From Ginsengibacter sp. (GTDB lineage Bacteria > Bacteroidota > Bacteroidia > Chitinophagales > Chitinophagaceae), in NCBI GenBank assembly GCA_039931355.1, contig JBDTSD010000007.1, positions 314-64,313 on the forward strand: DNA of 64,000 bases. Direction: 5' to 3'. Position 1 is the first letter of the stretch. Each line of letters starts with the position of its first letter. Positions 9,583-20,200 of this stretch are shown one piece after another. Below the pieces are notes generated by a model that ran no database searches, had not been told where the DNA came from, and worked only from the letters and a program-made list of their open reading frames with translations. The position numbers and the translations under genes were made by a program.

Positions 9583-12336
9583 ATGAAAAAAAATATAGCA
9601 CCCGCGAAGTATGTATATTTCTTCGGAGGTAATAAAGCAGACGGTAATGAATCTATGAAAAACCTGCTGGGCGGCAAAGGGGCAAACCTGGCTGAAATGG
9701 CGGGTCACCCAAAACTGCGATTACCTGTTCCGCCGGGTTTTACCGTGACCACAGATGTATGCACCTATTATTACGAAAATAAAAAAACATACCCGGGTGC
9801 ATTAAAGAAACAAGTGGAAGAAGCGATCGCCAAAATGGAAAAGCTTACCGGTAAAAAGTTTGGGGATGAGAAGAATCCATTACTTGTATCCGTACGTTCA
9901 GGTGCCCGGCGCTCAATGCCCGGAATGATGGAAACAGTATTAAATGTAGGGCTAAATGAAAAAACCATCAAGGGAATCATCGCACAAAGCGGCGACGAGC
10001 GTTTTGCTTATGATGCCTATCGCCGGTTGATCATGATGTATGCGGATGTGGTGATAGAAAAAGGCGGTGGTATAGAAATAAAAAACGGAAAAGGCATTCG
10101 CAAAATGCTGGATGAAAAGCTGGGGGATGTCAAGAAAAAGAAGGGATACACCAGTGATACAGATCTTACCGCAGCCGAACTAAAAGAACTCGTAAAAGAT
10201 TACAAGCAAAGTGTAAAAAAATTATTGGGTACAACTTTTCCGGATGATCCCTGGGAACAACTTTGGGGTGGTATTGGCGCTGTGTTCAGTAGCTGGAATG
10301 GAAAAAGAGCGGTGGAATATCGCCGGATTGAAAAAATTCCGGATGAATGGGGAACAGCCGTAAATGTGCAGGCAATGGTATTTGGAAATATGGGTACCGA
10401 CAGTTCTACCGGGGTCGCTTTCACACGAAATCCTGGTACCGGAGAAAATAAATTTTATGGAGAATACCTGGTGAATGCCCAGGGTGAAGATGTGGTGGCA
10501 GGAACCCGCACACCAGCCCCGGTGAATGAATATTCAAAAAATTCACAAAGCAAACAATTCAAAACACTGGAAAAATTAAAGCCTGCTTTATACCAGGAAT
10601 TATACGGCTACCAGAAGAAACTGGAGAAGCATTATAAAGATATGCAGGATATTGAATTCACCATTGAGCAGGGGAAACTGTATATGCTGCAATGCCGGGT
10701 AGGTAAAAGAAATGGCATTGCTGCAGTAAGGATGGCAACAGAAATGTATGCTGAAAAACTCATTGATGCAAAGACAGCTATCATGAGGGTTGGCCCCAAT
10801 CAACTGGTGGAATTATTACTGCCGATGCTTGATCCAAAAGCTGAATTATTAAATACAGTAATTGCAAAAGGACTACCTGCAGGCCCCGGTGGCGCCAAGG
10901 GCCGCGTCGTATTTACTTCCAATGATGCGGTAGAGTGGGCACATAAGGGAGAAAAAGTAATCCTGGTTCGCGAAGAGACCTCACCGGAAGATGTGGATGG
11001 CATGCATAAGTCCGAGGCCATCTTAACTTCAAAGGGTGGCATGACATCGCATGCCGCGCTGGTAGCAAGAGGCTGGGGCAAATGCTGTATCGTTGGTTGC
11101 GGCGATATTGAAATACACCATGACACCAAAACATTTCATGCAAAGAATGGCGTAATAGTTAAAGAGGGAGATCTTATCACATTAAATGGAACCCGGGGAT
11201 TAGTATATGAAGGCAGTTTGCCATTAGTGGCAATTGACCTGGATAAAAACCAATCCTACAAAGATCTTATGAAACTCGTTGACAAAGTGAAGGATATGGG
11301 AGTTCGCACCAATGCAGAAACACCCGGTGATGCAATGCAGGGATTAAAATTTGGTGCAGAGGGCATCGGCTTGTTCCGTACTGAACACATGTTTTATGGA
11401 GAAGGAAGCGTACAACCACTGTTCCTGCTGCGCAAAATGATCGTTAGCAAAACAGAGCCGGAACGAAAAAATGCGTTGAATGAACTATTTGTTTATGTAA
11501 AGAAGGATATCAAAAACACCCTGAAAGTAATGAATGGCCACCCTGTTACCATTCGTTTATTGGATCCACCATTGCATGAATTCGTTCCGCATGATGCAGA
11601 AAAACTTCATCAATTGAGCAGGGAGCTTGGTATCAGTATGGGCCTGTTGAGGAGAAGGGTGTTGGCATTGCATGAAAATAACCCTATGCTTGGACACCGG
11701 GGAGTTCGTTTAGGAGTGAGTTACCCGGAAGTCACAGAGATGCAGGTGAGGGCTATACTTGAGGCAACGGCTGAACTGATTAAATCCGGCAGGAAAGCGT
11801 TCCCCGAAATAATGGTGCCGGTGACATGCACGGTAAATGAATTGATTCACCAGAAAAAAATCGTTGACAGGGTATATAAAGAAGTATGCGAAAAAACAAA
11901 AATGAAAAGCATACCTTATCTCTATGGTACCATGATTGAAATACCCAGGGCAGCCATACGAGCTGACCGGATGGCGGAAGTTGCAGACTTCTTTAGCTTT
12001 GGAACAAACGATCTCACTCAAATGAGTTTTGGCTTCAGCCGCGACGATATAGGTGGATTTTTACCAAATTATCTTGACCTGAAATTGTTGAAGGACGATC
12101 CTTTTCAAACTATTGACCAGGATGGCGTGGGTGAACTAATAAAATTAGGAACCGAAAGGGGACGTAAGACCAAACCAAACCTCAAAGTCGGAATCTGCGG
12201 AGAACATGGTGGCGATGCCGAAAGCGTAAAATTCTGCCATCGCATTGGAATGAATTATGTAAGCTGCTCGCCCTTCCGCGTGCCTATAGCAAGACTGGCG
12301 GCCGCACAGGCAACAATAGAATTTCCCAGGAAATAA
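9583..12336 (+). CDS. ppdK: Pyruvate, phosphate dikinase (start placed at ATG 9583)
   Basis: LGGKGANLAEM, VSVRSGA, GGMTSHAALVARG (phospho-His), SFGTNDLTQ, ICGEHGG. Confidence 0.97.
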   Translation: MKKNIAPAKYVYFFGGNKADGNESMKNLLGGKGANLAEMAGHPKLRLPVPPGFTVTTDVCTYYYENKKTYPGALKKQVEEAIAKMEKLTGKKFGDEKNPLLVSVRSGARRSMPGMMETVLNVGLNEKTIKGIIAQSGDERFAYDAYRRLIMMYADVVIEKGGGIEIKNGKGIRKMLDEKLGDVKKKKGYTSDTDLTAAELKELVKDYKQSVKKLLGTTFPDDPWEQLWGGIGAVFSSWNGKRAVEYRRIEKIPDEWGTAVNVQAMVFGNMGTDSSTGVAFTRNPGTGENKFYGEYLVNAQGEDVVAGTRTPAPVNEYSKNSQSKQFKTLEKLKPALYQELYGYQKKLEKHYKDMQDIEFTIEQGKLYMLQCRVGKRNGIAAVRMATEMYAEKLIDAKTAIMRVGPNQLVELLLPMLDPKAELLNTVIAKGLPAGPGGAKGRVVFTSNDAVEWAHKGEKVILVREETSPEDVDGMHKSEAILTSKGGMTSHAALVARGWGKCCIVGCGDIEIHHDTKTFHAKNGVIVKEGDLITLNGTRGLVYEGSLPLVAIDLDKNQSYKDLMKLVDKVKDMGVRTNAETPGDAMQGLKFGAEGIGLFRTEHMFYGEGSVQPLFLLRKMIVSKTEPERKNALNELFVYVKKDIKNTLKVMNGHPVTIRLLDPPLHEFVPHDAEKLHQLSRELGISMGLLRRRVLALHENNPMLGHRGVRLGVSYPEVTEMQVRAILEATAELIKSGRKAFPEIMVPVTCTVNELIHQKKIVDRVYKEVCEKTKMKSIPYLYGTMIEIPRAAIRADRMAEVADFFSFGTNDLTQMSFGFSRDDIGGFLPNYLDLKLLKDDPFQTIDQDGVGELIKLGTERGRKTKPNLKVGICGEHGGDAESVKFCHRIGMNYVSCSPFRVPIARLAAAQATIEFPRK

Positions 12337-12354
12337 TACTACATCATGAGAATC

Positions 12355-12390
12355 AATGCCCGGAATTATTTTATTCGGGGCATTTTTATT
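12355..12390 (+). terminator. Rho-independent terminator of ppdK
   Basis: aatgcccggaat-tatttt-attcggggcatt followed by a T-run. Confidence 0.75.
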
Positions 12391-12498
12391 TTCAAAATAA
12401 ATTGCAACCTAAATTATCTTCAGAACTTCTTACCTGTCGTAAATTAATATGAGCATTTTTTAACAACAAAAACGAGCATGTAGCTCTTGTAGATGCGA

Positions 12499-12537
12499 GT
12501 TGAGCAATGGATTCAAATCTCCCGATGGCTATCGTGA
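12499..12537 (+). repeat. Direct repeat copy 1 (includes a cccgatNNNNatcggg-type element)
   Basis: gttgagcaatggattcaaatctcccgatggctatcgtga, near-identical to 15263-15301. Confidence 0.85.
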
Positions 12538-13104
12538 CAATAATCTATAATATCCATCTTATCTTCTTTTAAAACATTAAAGCAATTATAGACAAGGTCA
12601 TGGCCATGGGTGAATGAAAAAAGATGCATCCACTTAGCAGGGAAAGATGCAGAAATACAATGAGTAAACATCGGAGCGTTTATATTTTACAGACATAATG
12701 CTAAGATAAGAAGATGGCTTGTCTTTAATTCGAAGACCGTTCAGGCATCGGGGTTTCATTTCCTGCTTTCCTATTAATTGTTAGTTTATTTAAAAAAGGA
12801 AATGAAAGCCCGCCGGGAAAGTATGGCCAAGCCCGGGCACGGGTGGATAGGTTGGGCTTCGGAAGAAGACGGAACTTCGGAGGCTGACTTCATTTAACCA
12901 AGCCAATAGATTCTTTTTAAAACTAACTCACAAAGGACCGGGAGATTGTAACATTTATTATACATATACCCTTCATCAGTGTATTTGTGGAAGAATCATA
13001 TTTTGTAATGATTCAAATCATCAAATATTAATATTGACATCATAATTAACCGAACCATTTCGCCTGATCTTTGCGTTATAAATTTTAATCAAAAATCAAG
13101 ACAA

Positions 13105-14361
13105 ATGAAAAATCTTGTTATACTCGGAGCCGGAACCGGCGGCACAATTATGGCGAATCACTTGCATCATCATTTGAAAAAGCCTGATTGGCAAATAAGC
13201 ATTATCGATGAACGCAAAGAACACTATTATCAGCCAGGGTATCTTTTTCTTCCTTTTGACATGTATGCTCCCGAAGATATTATAAAGACAGTTGAGGAAT
13301 TTATACCAAAGGAAGTTAAACTCATTAAGAAAAAAATAGATCGTATCCTGCCAAGCGATAATAAAATTAAACTCGATGGAGGTGAAGAATTAATTTATGA
13401 TATTTTAATAATTGCCACAGGCGCAAAAATAGCGCCCGAAGAAATAGAAGGAATGAAAGGCGCTGAATGGCAAAAATCTGTTTTTGATTTTTACACTTTC
13501 GAAGGTGCACTGGCTTTACGAAATAAATTGAGAGAATGGGAAGGCGGAAAATTGGTAGTGCATATAACAGAGATGCCGATTAAATGCCCGGTGGCTCCGC
13601 TGGAGTTTACTTTTTTAGCAGATTCATTTTTTAAGCACAAGCACATTCGCGATAAAGTTGACATAACTTATGTAACACCTTTGAGCGGCGCATTTACAAA
13701 ACCCAAAGCCACGGAAGCTCTTGATCATTTGCTTGAAGAAAAAAATATAAACATTGAAAGTGATTTTGCAATTGAGCATGTAGATAATGAAAAGAAAGAG
13801 ATTGTGGATTATGGCGGAAGAAGCATTCCATTTGATTTATTGGTAACGGTGCCCACCAATAAAGGAGATGATTTAATTGAAAGGTCAGGTATGGGTGACG
13901 ATTTAAATTATGTGCCTACGAATAAAGCCACGCTCCAATCAAAGGAATACGAAAACATTTTTGTGATAGGAGATGCAAGTAATATACCTGCGTCTAAAGC
14001 TGGCTCTGTTGCACACTTCGAAGCAGAAATATTGACTGACAATATCCTGCTTTATATAAAAGGAGAACCGTTAAAGGAAGAGTTTGACGGACATGCAAAC
14101 TGTTTCATTGAAACAGGAAATGGCAAAGCATTGCTAATAGATTTCAATTATACACATGAACCTGTAGAAGGAAGTTTTCCGTTCCCCGGCATTGGCCCTT
14201 TGCGTTTGCTCAAAGAAAGCAGGATGAACCATATGGGTAAGCTTGCTTTCAGATGGATCTATTGGAATGTTTTGTTGAAAGGAACACATATACCTTTCGT
14301 TTCTGCAACTATGTCGGAGAGTGGAAAACATTATGATAAAGTAGAGAGCGTTTCTAATTAA
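13105..14361 (+). CDS. sqr: Sulfide:quinone oxidoreductase family flavoprotein
   Basis: GAGTGG FAD motif, HYYQPGYLF, IKCPVAPLE (Cys), FDGHANCFIETG (Cys). Confidence 0.85.
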   Translation: MKNLVILGAGTGGTIMANHLHHHLKKPDWQISIIDERKEHYYQPGYLFLPFDMYAPEDIIKTVEEFIPKEVKLIKKKIDRILPSDNKIKLDGGEELIYDILIIATGAKIAPEEIEGMKGAEWQKSVFDFYTFEGALALRNKLREWEGGKLVVHITEMPIKCPVAPLEFTFLADSFFKHKHIRDKVDITYVTPLSGAFTKPKATEALDHLLEEKNINIESDFAIEHVDNEKKEIVDYGGRSIPFDLLVTVPTNKGDDLIERSGMGDDLNYVPTNKATLQSKEYENIFVIGDASNIPASKAGSVAHFEAEILTDNILLYIKGEPLKEEFDGHANCFIETGNGKALLIDFNYTHEPVEGSFPFPGIGPLRLLKESRMNHMGKLAFRWIYWNVLLKGTHIPFVSATMSESGKHYDKVESVSN

Positions 14362-14393
14362 ATTATTTAAATCATCATTTAAAAAAACAAAAT

Positions 14394-14702
14394 ATGGAAA
14401 GGACAATAACGGGTAAATCAATAACCGTAAACGAAGAAGGGTACTTAAAAGATTTTAGCCAATGGGATGATAAAGTGGGAGAAGCATTAGCTGCTGAAGC
14501 TGATATCGTTCTGACTCCAAGACATTGGGAAGTTATAAAGTACCTGCAAAATGAGCAAAAGAACCAGGTAGCGCTTAGTATACGACGTATTGGAAAAAGC
14601 GGCGTAGTAGATATTAAGGAGTTGTACCAATTATTTCCAATGGCGCCGTTAAAAACCGCAACAAAAATTGCCGGTATACCCAAGCCTGCAAGTTGTATTT
14701 AA
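14394..14702 (+). CDS. tusE: TusE/DsrC family sulfur relay protein
   Basis: NEEGYLKDFSQWD, LTPRHWEVI, KIAGIPKPASCI with a single penultimate Cys. Confidence 0.88.
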   Translation: MERTITGKSITVNEEGYLKDFSQWDDKVGEALAAEADIVLTPRHWEVIKYLQNEQKNQVALSIRRIGKSGVVDIKELYQLFPMAPLKTATKIAGIPKPASCI

Positions 14703-14714
14703 AAAAAATAAATT

Positions 14715-15260
14715 ATGTCAATTATGTATGAAGAAAATGAAGCAACTGCTATACTCGGGAAAAGTGATGCAGCAGTTAAACATGAGAATAACAAAACAAT
14801 AAAAAAGATGATGATCATCTTATCCAAAGGAACCCTTGAAAATGTGTATGCCGCTTTTGTATTGGCAAACGGTGCAAGAATGGAAGGTATAGAAGCGGAA
14901 ATGTTCTTTACTTTTTTTGGGTTGGAGGCAATTCACAAAAAGAAACTGGAGCACCTGCATGTGGCTACTGTAGGCAATCCTGCTATGCACATGCCCACAA
15001 TGTTGGGTGGCTTGCCTGGTATGGAAGCCCTGGCTACTCACATGATGAAAAAAGAAATGGAAAAAATTGATATGCCGGATATACTTGAGTTTTTGGATAT
15101 TCTATCCGCTTCCGGTGTAAAATTATGGGCATGCAAATTAGCGATGGATATGTTTCATTACAAGAAAGAAGATTTGTATGACGGTATCGATGATGTAATT
15201 ACAGTAGGTGATTTTTATAAAGAGAGTGCAGGTGAAGGAGTGCACATGCTGTTTGTATAA
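14715..15260 (+). CDS. DsrE/DsrF/DrsH-like (DsrE2-type) sulfur transfer protein
   Basis: IILSKGTLE, FFTFFGL, KLWACKLAMDMF conserved Cys. Confidence 0.85.
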   Translation: MSIMYEENEATAILGKSDAAVKHENNKTIKKMMIILSKGTLENVYAAFVLANGARMEGIEAEMFFTFFGLEAIHKKKLEHLHVATVGNPAMHMPTMLGGLPGMEALATHMMKKEMEKIDMPDILEFLDILSASGVKLWACKLAMDMFHYKKEDLYDGIDDVITVGDFYKESAGEGVHMLFV

Positions 15261-15262
15261 GC

Positions 15263-15301
15263 GTTGAGCAAAGGATTCAAATCTCCCGATGGCTATCGGG
15301 A
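15263..15301 (+). repeat. Direct repeat copy 2
   Basis: gttgagcaaaggattcaaatctcccgatggctatcggga, 2 bp after the dsrE-like stop. Confidence 0.85.
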
Positions 15302-15483
15302 TTACAAAATAAAATCGAGCCTACCGGACAGGCGGCCCTACGGCTCTTGCAGAGTAATCGTTCTCCTTAGCTTTTAAATTGAAAATGTAATTAAAGCCCT
15401 CCAAATTCAATGTTTTTATTTTACGAAACTTGATTTAATTATAGCTGGCAGGTAAGAAGTTCTGAACTTTATACCTTAACCTC

Positions 15484-16212
15484 ATGGTAGTAAAAATTTA
15501 TTTGATCCAACCGTAAAACAGGAGATGATTGACCGGGTTAATCAGCTGACACCAGGTACAAAACCTTTATGGGACAAAATGGATATTGCTCAAATGCTGG
15601 CGCATTGCCGTCAGCCCATCGAAGTGACATTTGGGAATAGCAATGTGAAAGGAAGTTTCATTCTTAAACTTATCGGCCCTCTTTTTAAATCGGTTTTGTA
15701 TAATGAAAAAACTTATACTGCAAAAGGGTCAAAACCGTGAATTGTTAGTTTGAAAAACCTTACTATTTTATGATAAAAATGCGAGGCATTTTTCCTTCGT
15801 GCTCTTTGTTTCTTTGTGGTAAAGAAAAACTTTTGCGAAACAAAAGAAGAAACAACTGACCACCAAGAGCACCAAGAACACGAAGAATTATTTCTGCGAA
15901 ATAATTTCATACAATGTCGATTCTAATTGTCTGCATGGAAAAGAAAGTTTTTCATCTACGAAACCCATTTCACTAATTTGTCCCTTGCGAGCTATACAAG
16001 CAAGGCATGCCTACTGATAAATCGTATATAATGGCAGGATTACAAAAAGATTTTGAAAAAGAGCGTTCAAACTTACTTGCGATGCTTAACCGTTTTTCTC
16101 CAGGCACTATAGTACTTGAAAAACACCCGGTATTTGTTAAGCTTACGAAAGATTAATGGAGCAAGGCAACCTGGAAACACCCTGATCATCACCTGCGGCA
16201 ATTTGGAGTTTA
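15484..16212 (+). pseudogene. DUF1569/DinB-like gene split by an insertion, with a 5' frameshift and an internal stop
   Basis: N-half KNLFDPTVKQEMIDRVNQLTPGTKPLWDKMDIAQMLAHC; C-half resumes near 15999: QGMPTDKSYIM..KDFEKER..HPVFVKLTKD*WSKATWKHPDHHLRQFGV*. Confidence 0.85.
15719..15997. mobile_element. MITE-like non-autonomous insertion (~280 bp)
   Basis: tatac at both junctions (15714-15718, 15993-15997); imperfect terminal IR tgcaaaagggtcaaaa / tttgtcccttgcga; internal IR 15795-15820 vs 15859-15885. Confidence 0.6.
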
Positions 16213-16232
16213 AAAGAGCGGATGCAGGGAAA

Positions 16233-17225
16233 CTATGATTTTACTCCTTCAAGGATTTTGATATAATTCGCTCTTTCATATGCAGTAGGATCAGGAATAT
16301 TTTGCTGACTCATATGGCCCTTAAAAGACTCAACACTATCGAAGCCCATTTCATCCATCCAGGCCTGTAATTCCCTGTTCATAGTCTTCAGGTAAGGTAT
16401 CCCATTCTTATACAGTGATGAGGCGGTCATCACTGCATCCGCACCAGCAAGAATATATTTGATCACCTCAGTGGCAGATTGAACTCCGGTAGTTGCTGCC
16501 AATGATAAATTCACTTTTCCATATAACAAACCTATCCATAGTAAAGGAAGCCTTATTTCTATGGATTCACTAAAATGCAAATCGGTTTTGAGTGTAAGCT
16601 TAGCAATATTAAAATCAGGCTGATAAAAACGATTAAAAAAAACGAGCGCATCTGCACCTGCCTTTTTCATTCGCAAAGACATATTGCCCATCGCACTGAA
16701 ATAAGGATTTAGTTTTATCGCAACCGGAATTTTTACCGCACCTTTTATAGCTGCAATAATATTGAGATAGCGATGTTCCACTTCTGAAGAAGACATGGCA
16801 ATATCTCCCGGGATAAAAAATATATTAACTTCTATGCCATCGGCACCAGCCTGTTCCATCTGTTTCGAATAGTCAATCCAGCCCTCATTCGTAATGCCAT
16901 TCAAGCTTCCAATGACAGGAATATCAACCCGCTCTTTTGCCATCCTGATTTTCTCCATGTATTCAACGGTGCCCACATTGTAATTATCCAAATCCGGAAA
17001 ATAATCCGAAGCCTCCGCAAAAGAATTGGTGGTTTCAGCTATTACTTCTTTAAAACTCGCTTCTTCCTTTTTTATCTGTTCTTCAAATAACGAAAACATT
17101 ACTACAGCTCCGGCACCACTGTCTTCCATTTGTACAATATTATCAGTCTCTTCAGATAACGTGGAGGCGGATACTATAATCGGCGAATTTAATTTCAACC
17201 CCATGTAGGTGGAATATATTTTCAT
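16233..17225 (-). CDS. Dihydroorotate dehydrogenase-like flavoprotein, non-canonical (start placed at ATG 17225)
   Basis: TYMGLKLNSPIIVSAS, SLFEEQI, PVAIKLNPYF, FNRFYQPD, ATTGV; lacks the NxSCPN catalytic loop. Confidence 0.85.
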   Translation of the reverse strand: MKIYSTYMGLKLNSPIIVSASTLSEETDNIVQMEDSGAGAVVMFSLFEEQIKKEEASFKEVIAETTNSFAEASDYFPDLDNYNVGTVEYMEKIRMAKERVDIPVIGSLNGITNEGWIDYSKQMEQAGADGIEVNIFFIPGDIAMSSSEVEHRYLNIIAAIKGAVKIPVAIKLNPYFSAMGNMSLRMKKAGADALVFFNRFYQPDFNIAKLTLKTDLHFSESIEIRLPLLWIGLLYGKVNLSLAATTGVQSATEVIKYILAGADAVMTASSLYKNGIPYLKTMNRELQAWMDEMGFDSVESFKGHMSQQNIPDPTAYERANYIKILEGVKS

Positions 17226-17236
17226 AAAACTATTTT

Positions 17237-20200
17237 TCAATTATGAATAGGAACAAAATCGCTTGCTTTTTTTGTAGCCAGCTCTTCATAGTTTTTCCAT
17301 TTAAGATTAACCAGGTCTTGTGCATGTTTCATCAGTTTATCTGCCTCATCCGGGTTAGTAACAGTCAGTATTTTATACCTCAATTCATTGTACGCATAAT
17401 CTTTCAATGCAATAGTTGGTCTCGGCGAATCCAATACAAATGGATTTTGATTTTTATTTCTCAGCGTTGGGTTATATCTCAGTAGTGGCCAGTGCCCGCT
17501 TGCTACCGCTTTGTTTTGCTGATCCAGGCCATTTTTCAAATCATAACCGTGAGCAATACAGGGGCTGTATGCTAATATCAATGACGGGCCATCATAAGCG
17601 TCTGCTTCTCTCATGGCAAGTAATGTTTGTTGCGGATTAGCGCCAAATGCCACTCTCGCCACGTAAACATTCCCATAAGAGATTGCCTGCATCGCCAGGT
17701 CTTTTTTGCCTCCACGCTTACCTCCGGCAGCGAATTTGGCAGTGGCGGCTGTTGGTGTAGCTTTAGAAGATTGACCACCGGTATTTGAATATACTTCGGT
17801 ATCAAGCACCAGCACTTTTACATTTTTTCCGCTTGCCAGGGCATGGTCAAGTCCTCCATAACCAATATCATAAGCCCATCCATCACCACCCACTAACCAC
17901 ACACTCCGGCGAACGAACTGATCGCAAACAGATAATAAATGATTCGCGGCCGGAGAATTCATTGTTTTCAATTTCTCTTTCAACTGTTGAATTCTTTTTC
18001 GCTGATTTTCTAATTCAGATTCCTGGATTTGTTCTGCAGCCAGGATTTCATTTACAAAATTTTCTCCTAATTCATTTTTCAATTCTAACAGGAATTGTTT
18101 AGCAATATCAAGTTGCTTATCCGCAGTAATTCGCATGCCCAACCCAAATTCTGCATTGTCTTCGAACAAAGAGTTGGACCAGGCTGGTCCCCTGCCCTCT
18201 TTATTCATAGACCAGGGCGTCGTGGGAAGATTGCCGCCATAAATAGAGGAACAGCCAGTTGCGTTTGCTACTAATAAGCGATCTCCAAATAGTTGCGATA
18301 ACAGTTTCAGGTAGGGCGTTTCACCACAACCGGCACAGGCTCCTGAAAATTCAAACAATGGTTCAAGAAATTGTGCTCCATGCACCGTAGAGAAATCTAT
18401 TTTTGACCTGTCGTTCCATGTAATGGTTTCAAAGAAATCAATGTTTTGTTTTTCGGTCTCTAATACTGGCGCTTTTTCAACCATATTGATGGCTTTACGG
18501 GAACGGTTAGCCGGATCTGTAGCCGGACAAGCTTCCACGCATAGATTGCACCCGGTGCAATCTTCAAGATAAACCTGCAAAGAATATTCTGTTTCAGGAA
18601 ATCCTCTTGCATTTATGGGTGCATATTTAAAGTCTCCGGGCGCCTTTTTCAAATTGTCTTTGTGATAGAACTTAGCCCTTATCACGCTGTGCGGACAAAC
18701 GTATGCGCAGTTGCCGCATTGAATACACAGGTCAGGTTCCCATTGAGCAACCACGTCTGACACATTTCTTTTCTCCCATTGCGTGGTTCCGCTGGGGTAA
18801 GTGCCATCTACAGGCAATTTACTTACGGGGAGGTCATCGCCATGGCCTGCCATCATCATAGCAGTTACCTGTTGTACAAAATCGGGAGCGTTTTCTGAAA
18901 CTGTAAGTGTACTGTAATCAACCGAAGAAACTTTTTGTGGAACATCCACTTCAAATAAATTTTCCAATGTAGCATCAACGGCTTTAAAGTTTTGTTCAAC
19001 TACTTTCTGCCCCTTTTTGAAATAGGATTTTTCAATTGACTTTTTAATTTGTTTAATAGCGTCTTCTCTTGGCAATACACCGGATAAAGCAAAGTAACAT
19101 GTCTGCATGATTGTATTAACACGGCCACTCATTCCCGTATCTCTTGCAACTGTTGTGGCATCTATCACATATACTTTTAATTTCTTATCAATGATCATCT
19201 TCTGAGCCTGCCCGGTTAACTTATCCCACACCTCATCTTTGTTATAGGGGCTGTTAATTAAAAAGGTCGCGCCATCTTTTGCAAATTCCAGCATTTGAAC
19301 TTTTTCTATAAAGTTGAACTGGTGGCAAGCAATAAAATCAGCTTTAGTGATCAGGTAGGGCGCCCTGATTGGTTTTGGTCCGAACCTTAAATGGGATACC
19401 GTTCTTGCACCTGATTTTTTTGAATCATATACAAAGTAACCCTGGCCGAACAGGTCAGTATTTTCACCGATTATCTTTATAGTATTTTTATTAGCGCCTA
19501 CAGTTCCATCCGCACCCAACCCAAAGAATAATCCTTGTCGCCATTCTGATTCGTCTAATGTGAACGAAGGATCATAAGCCAGGCTGGTGAATGTAACATC
19601 ATCATTAATGCCTATTGTAAAACTATTTTTTGGTTGTTTCTTTTTTAGTTCATCGAATACGCCTTTTACCATTGCCGGTGTAAACTCTTTGGAAGAAAGA
19701 CCGTAACGGCCACCAACAATATTTGGCAATTTCTCTAGCTTTCCCTGTTGCAGGGCTTCGACCAATACAGCCAGCACATCCTGGTACATTGGTTCACCGG
19801 CTGCGCCGGATTCTTTAGTTCTGTCTAATACAGCTATTGATTTTACCGAAGCAGGTATTGCTTTAATAAGATGTTCCAGAGAAAATGGCCTGTACAACCG
19901 AACCTGTATAACTCCTGTTTTTTCGCCTTTGTCATTCAATGCCTTCACCGTTTCCACTACGGTTTCTCCACCCGAGCCCATGATGAAGACTATCTGTTCA
20001 GCATCAGGGGCGCCGGAATATTGGAAGAGTTCGTAAGTTCTCCCGGTCATTTTCTCAAAATCATTCATCACTTCTTCTACGATGCCTGGCAAATTATTAT
20101 AAAAGCTGTTCACGGTTTCTCTTGCCTGGAAATATACATCCGGGTTTTGCGCTGTCCCCCGTATAAATGGATGTTCAGGGTTCAATCCCCTGTTGCGGTG

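Noticed and set aside
12499-12537. tRNA fragment or tRNA-derived att site (ggattcaaatc resembles a T-loop)
   Set aside because: No T-stem pairing, cloverleaf or CCA end could be built
14394-15260. Dissimilatory sulfite reduction (Dsr) pathway
   Set aside because: No dsrAB or dsrMK; the TusE-like protein has only one C-terminal Cys
16233-17225. Annotation as pyrD
   Set aside because: Catalytic NxSCPN loop absent; context is the nifJ operon
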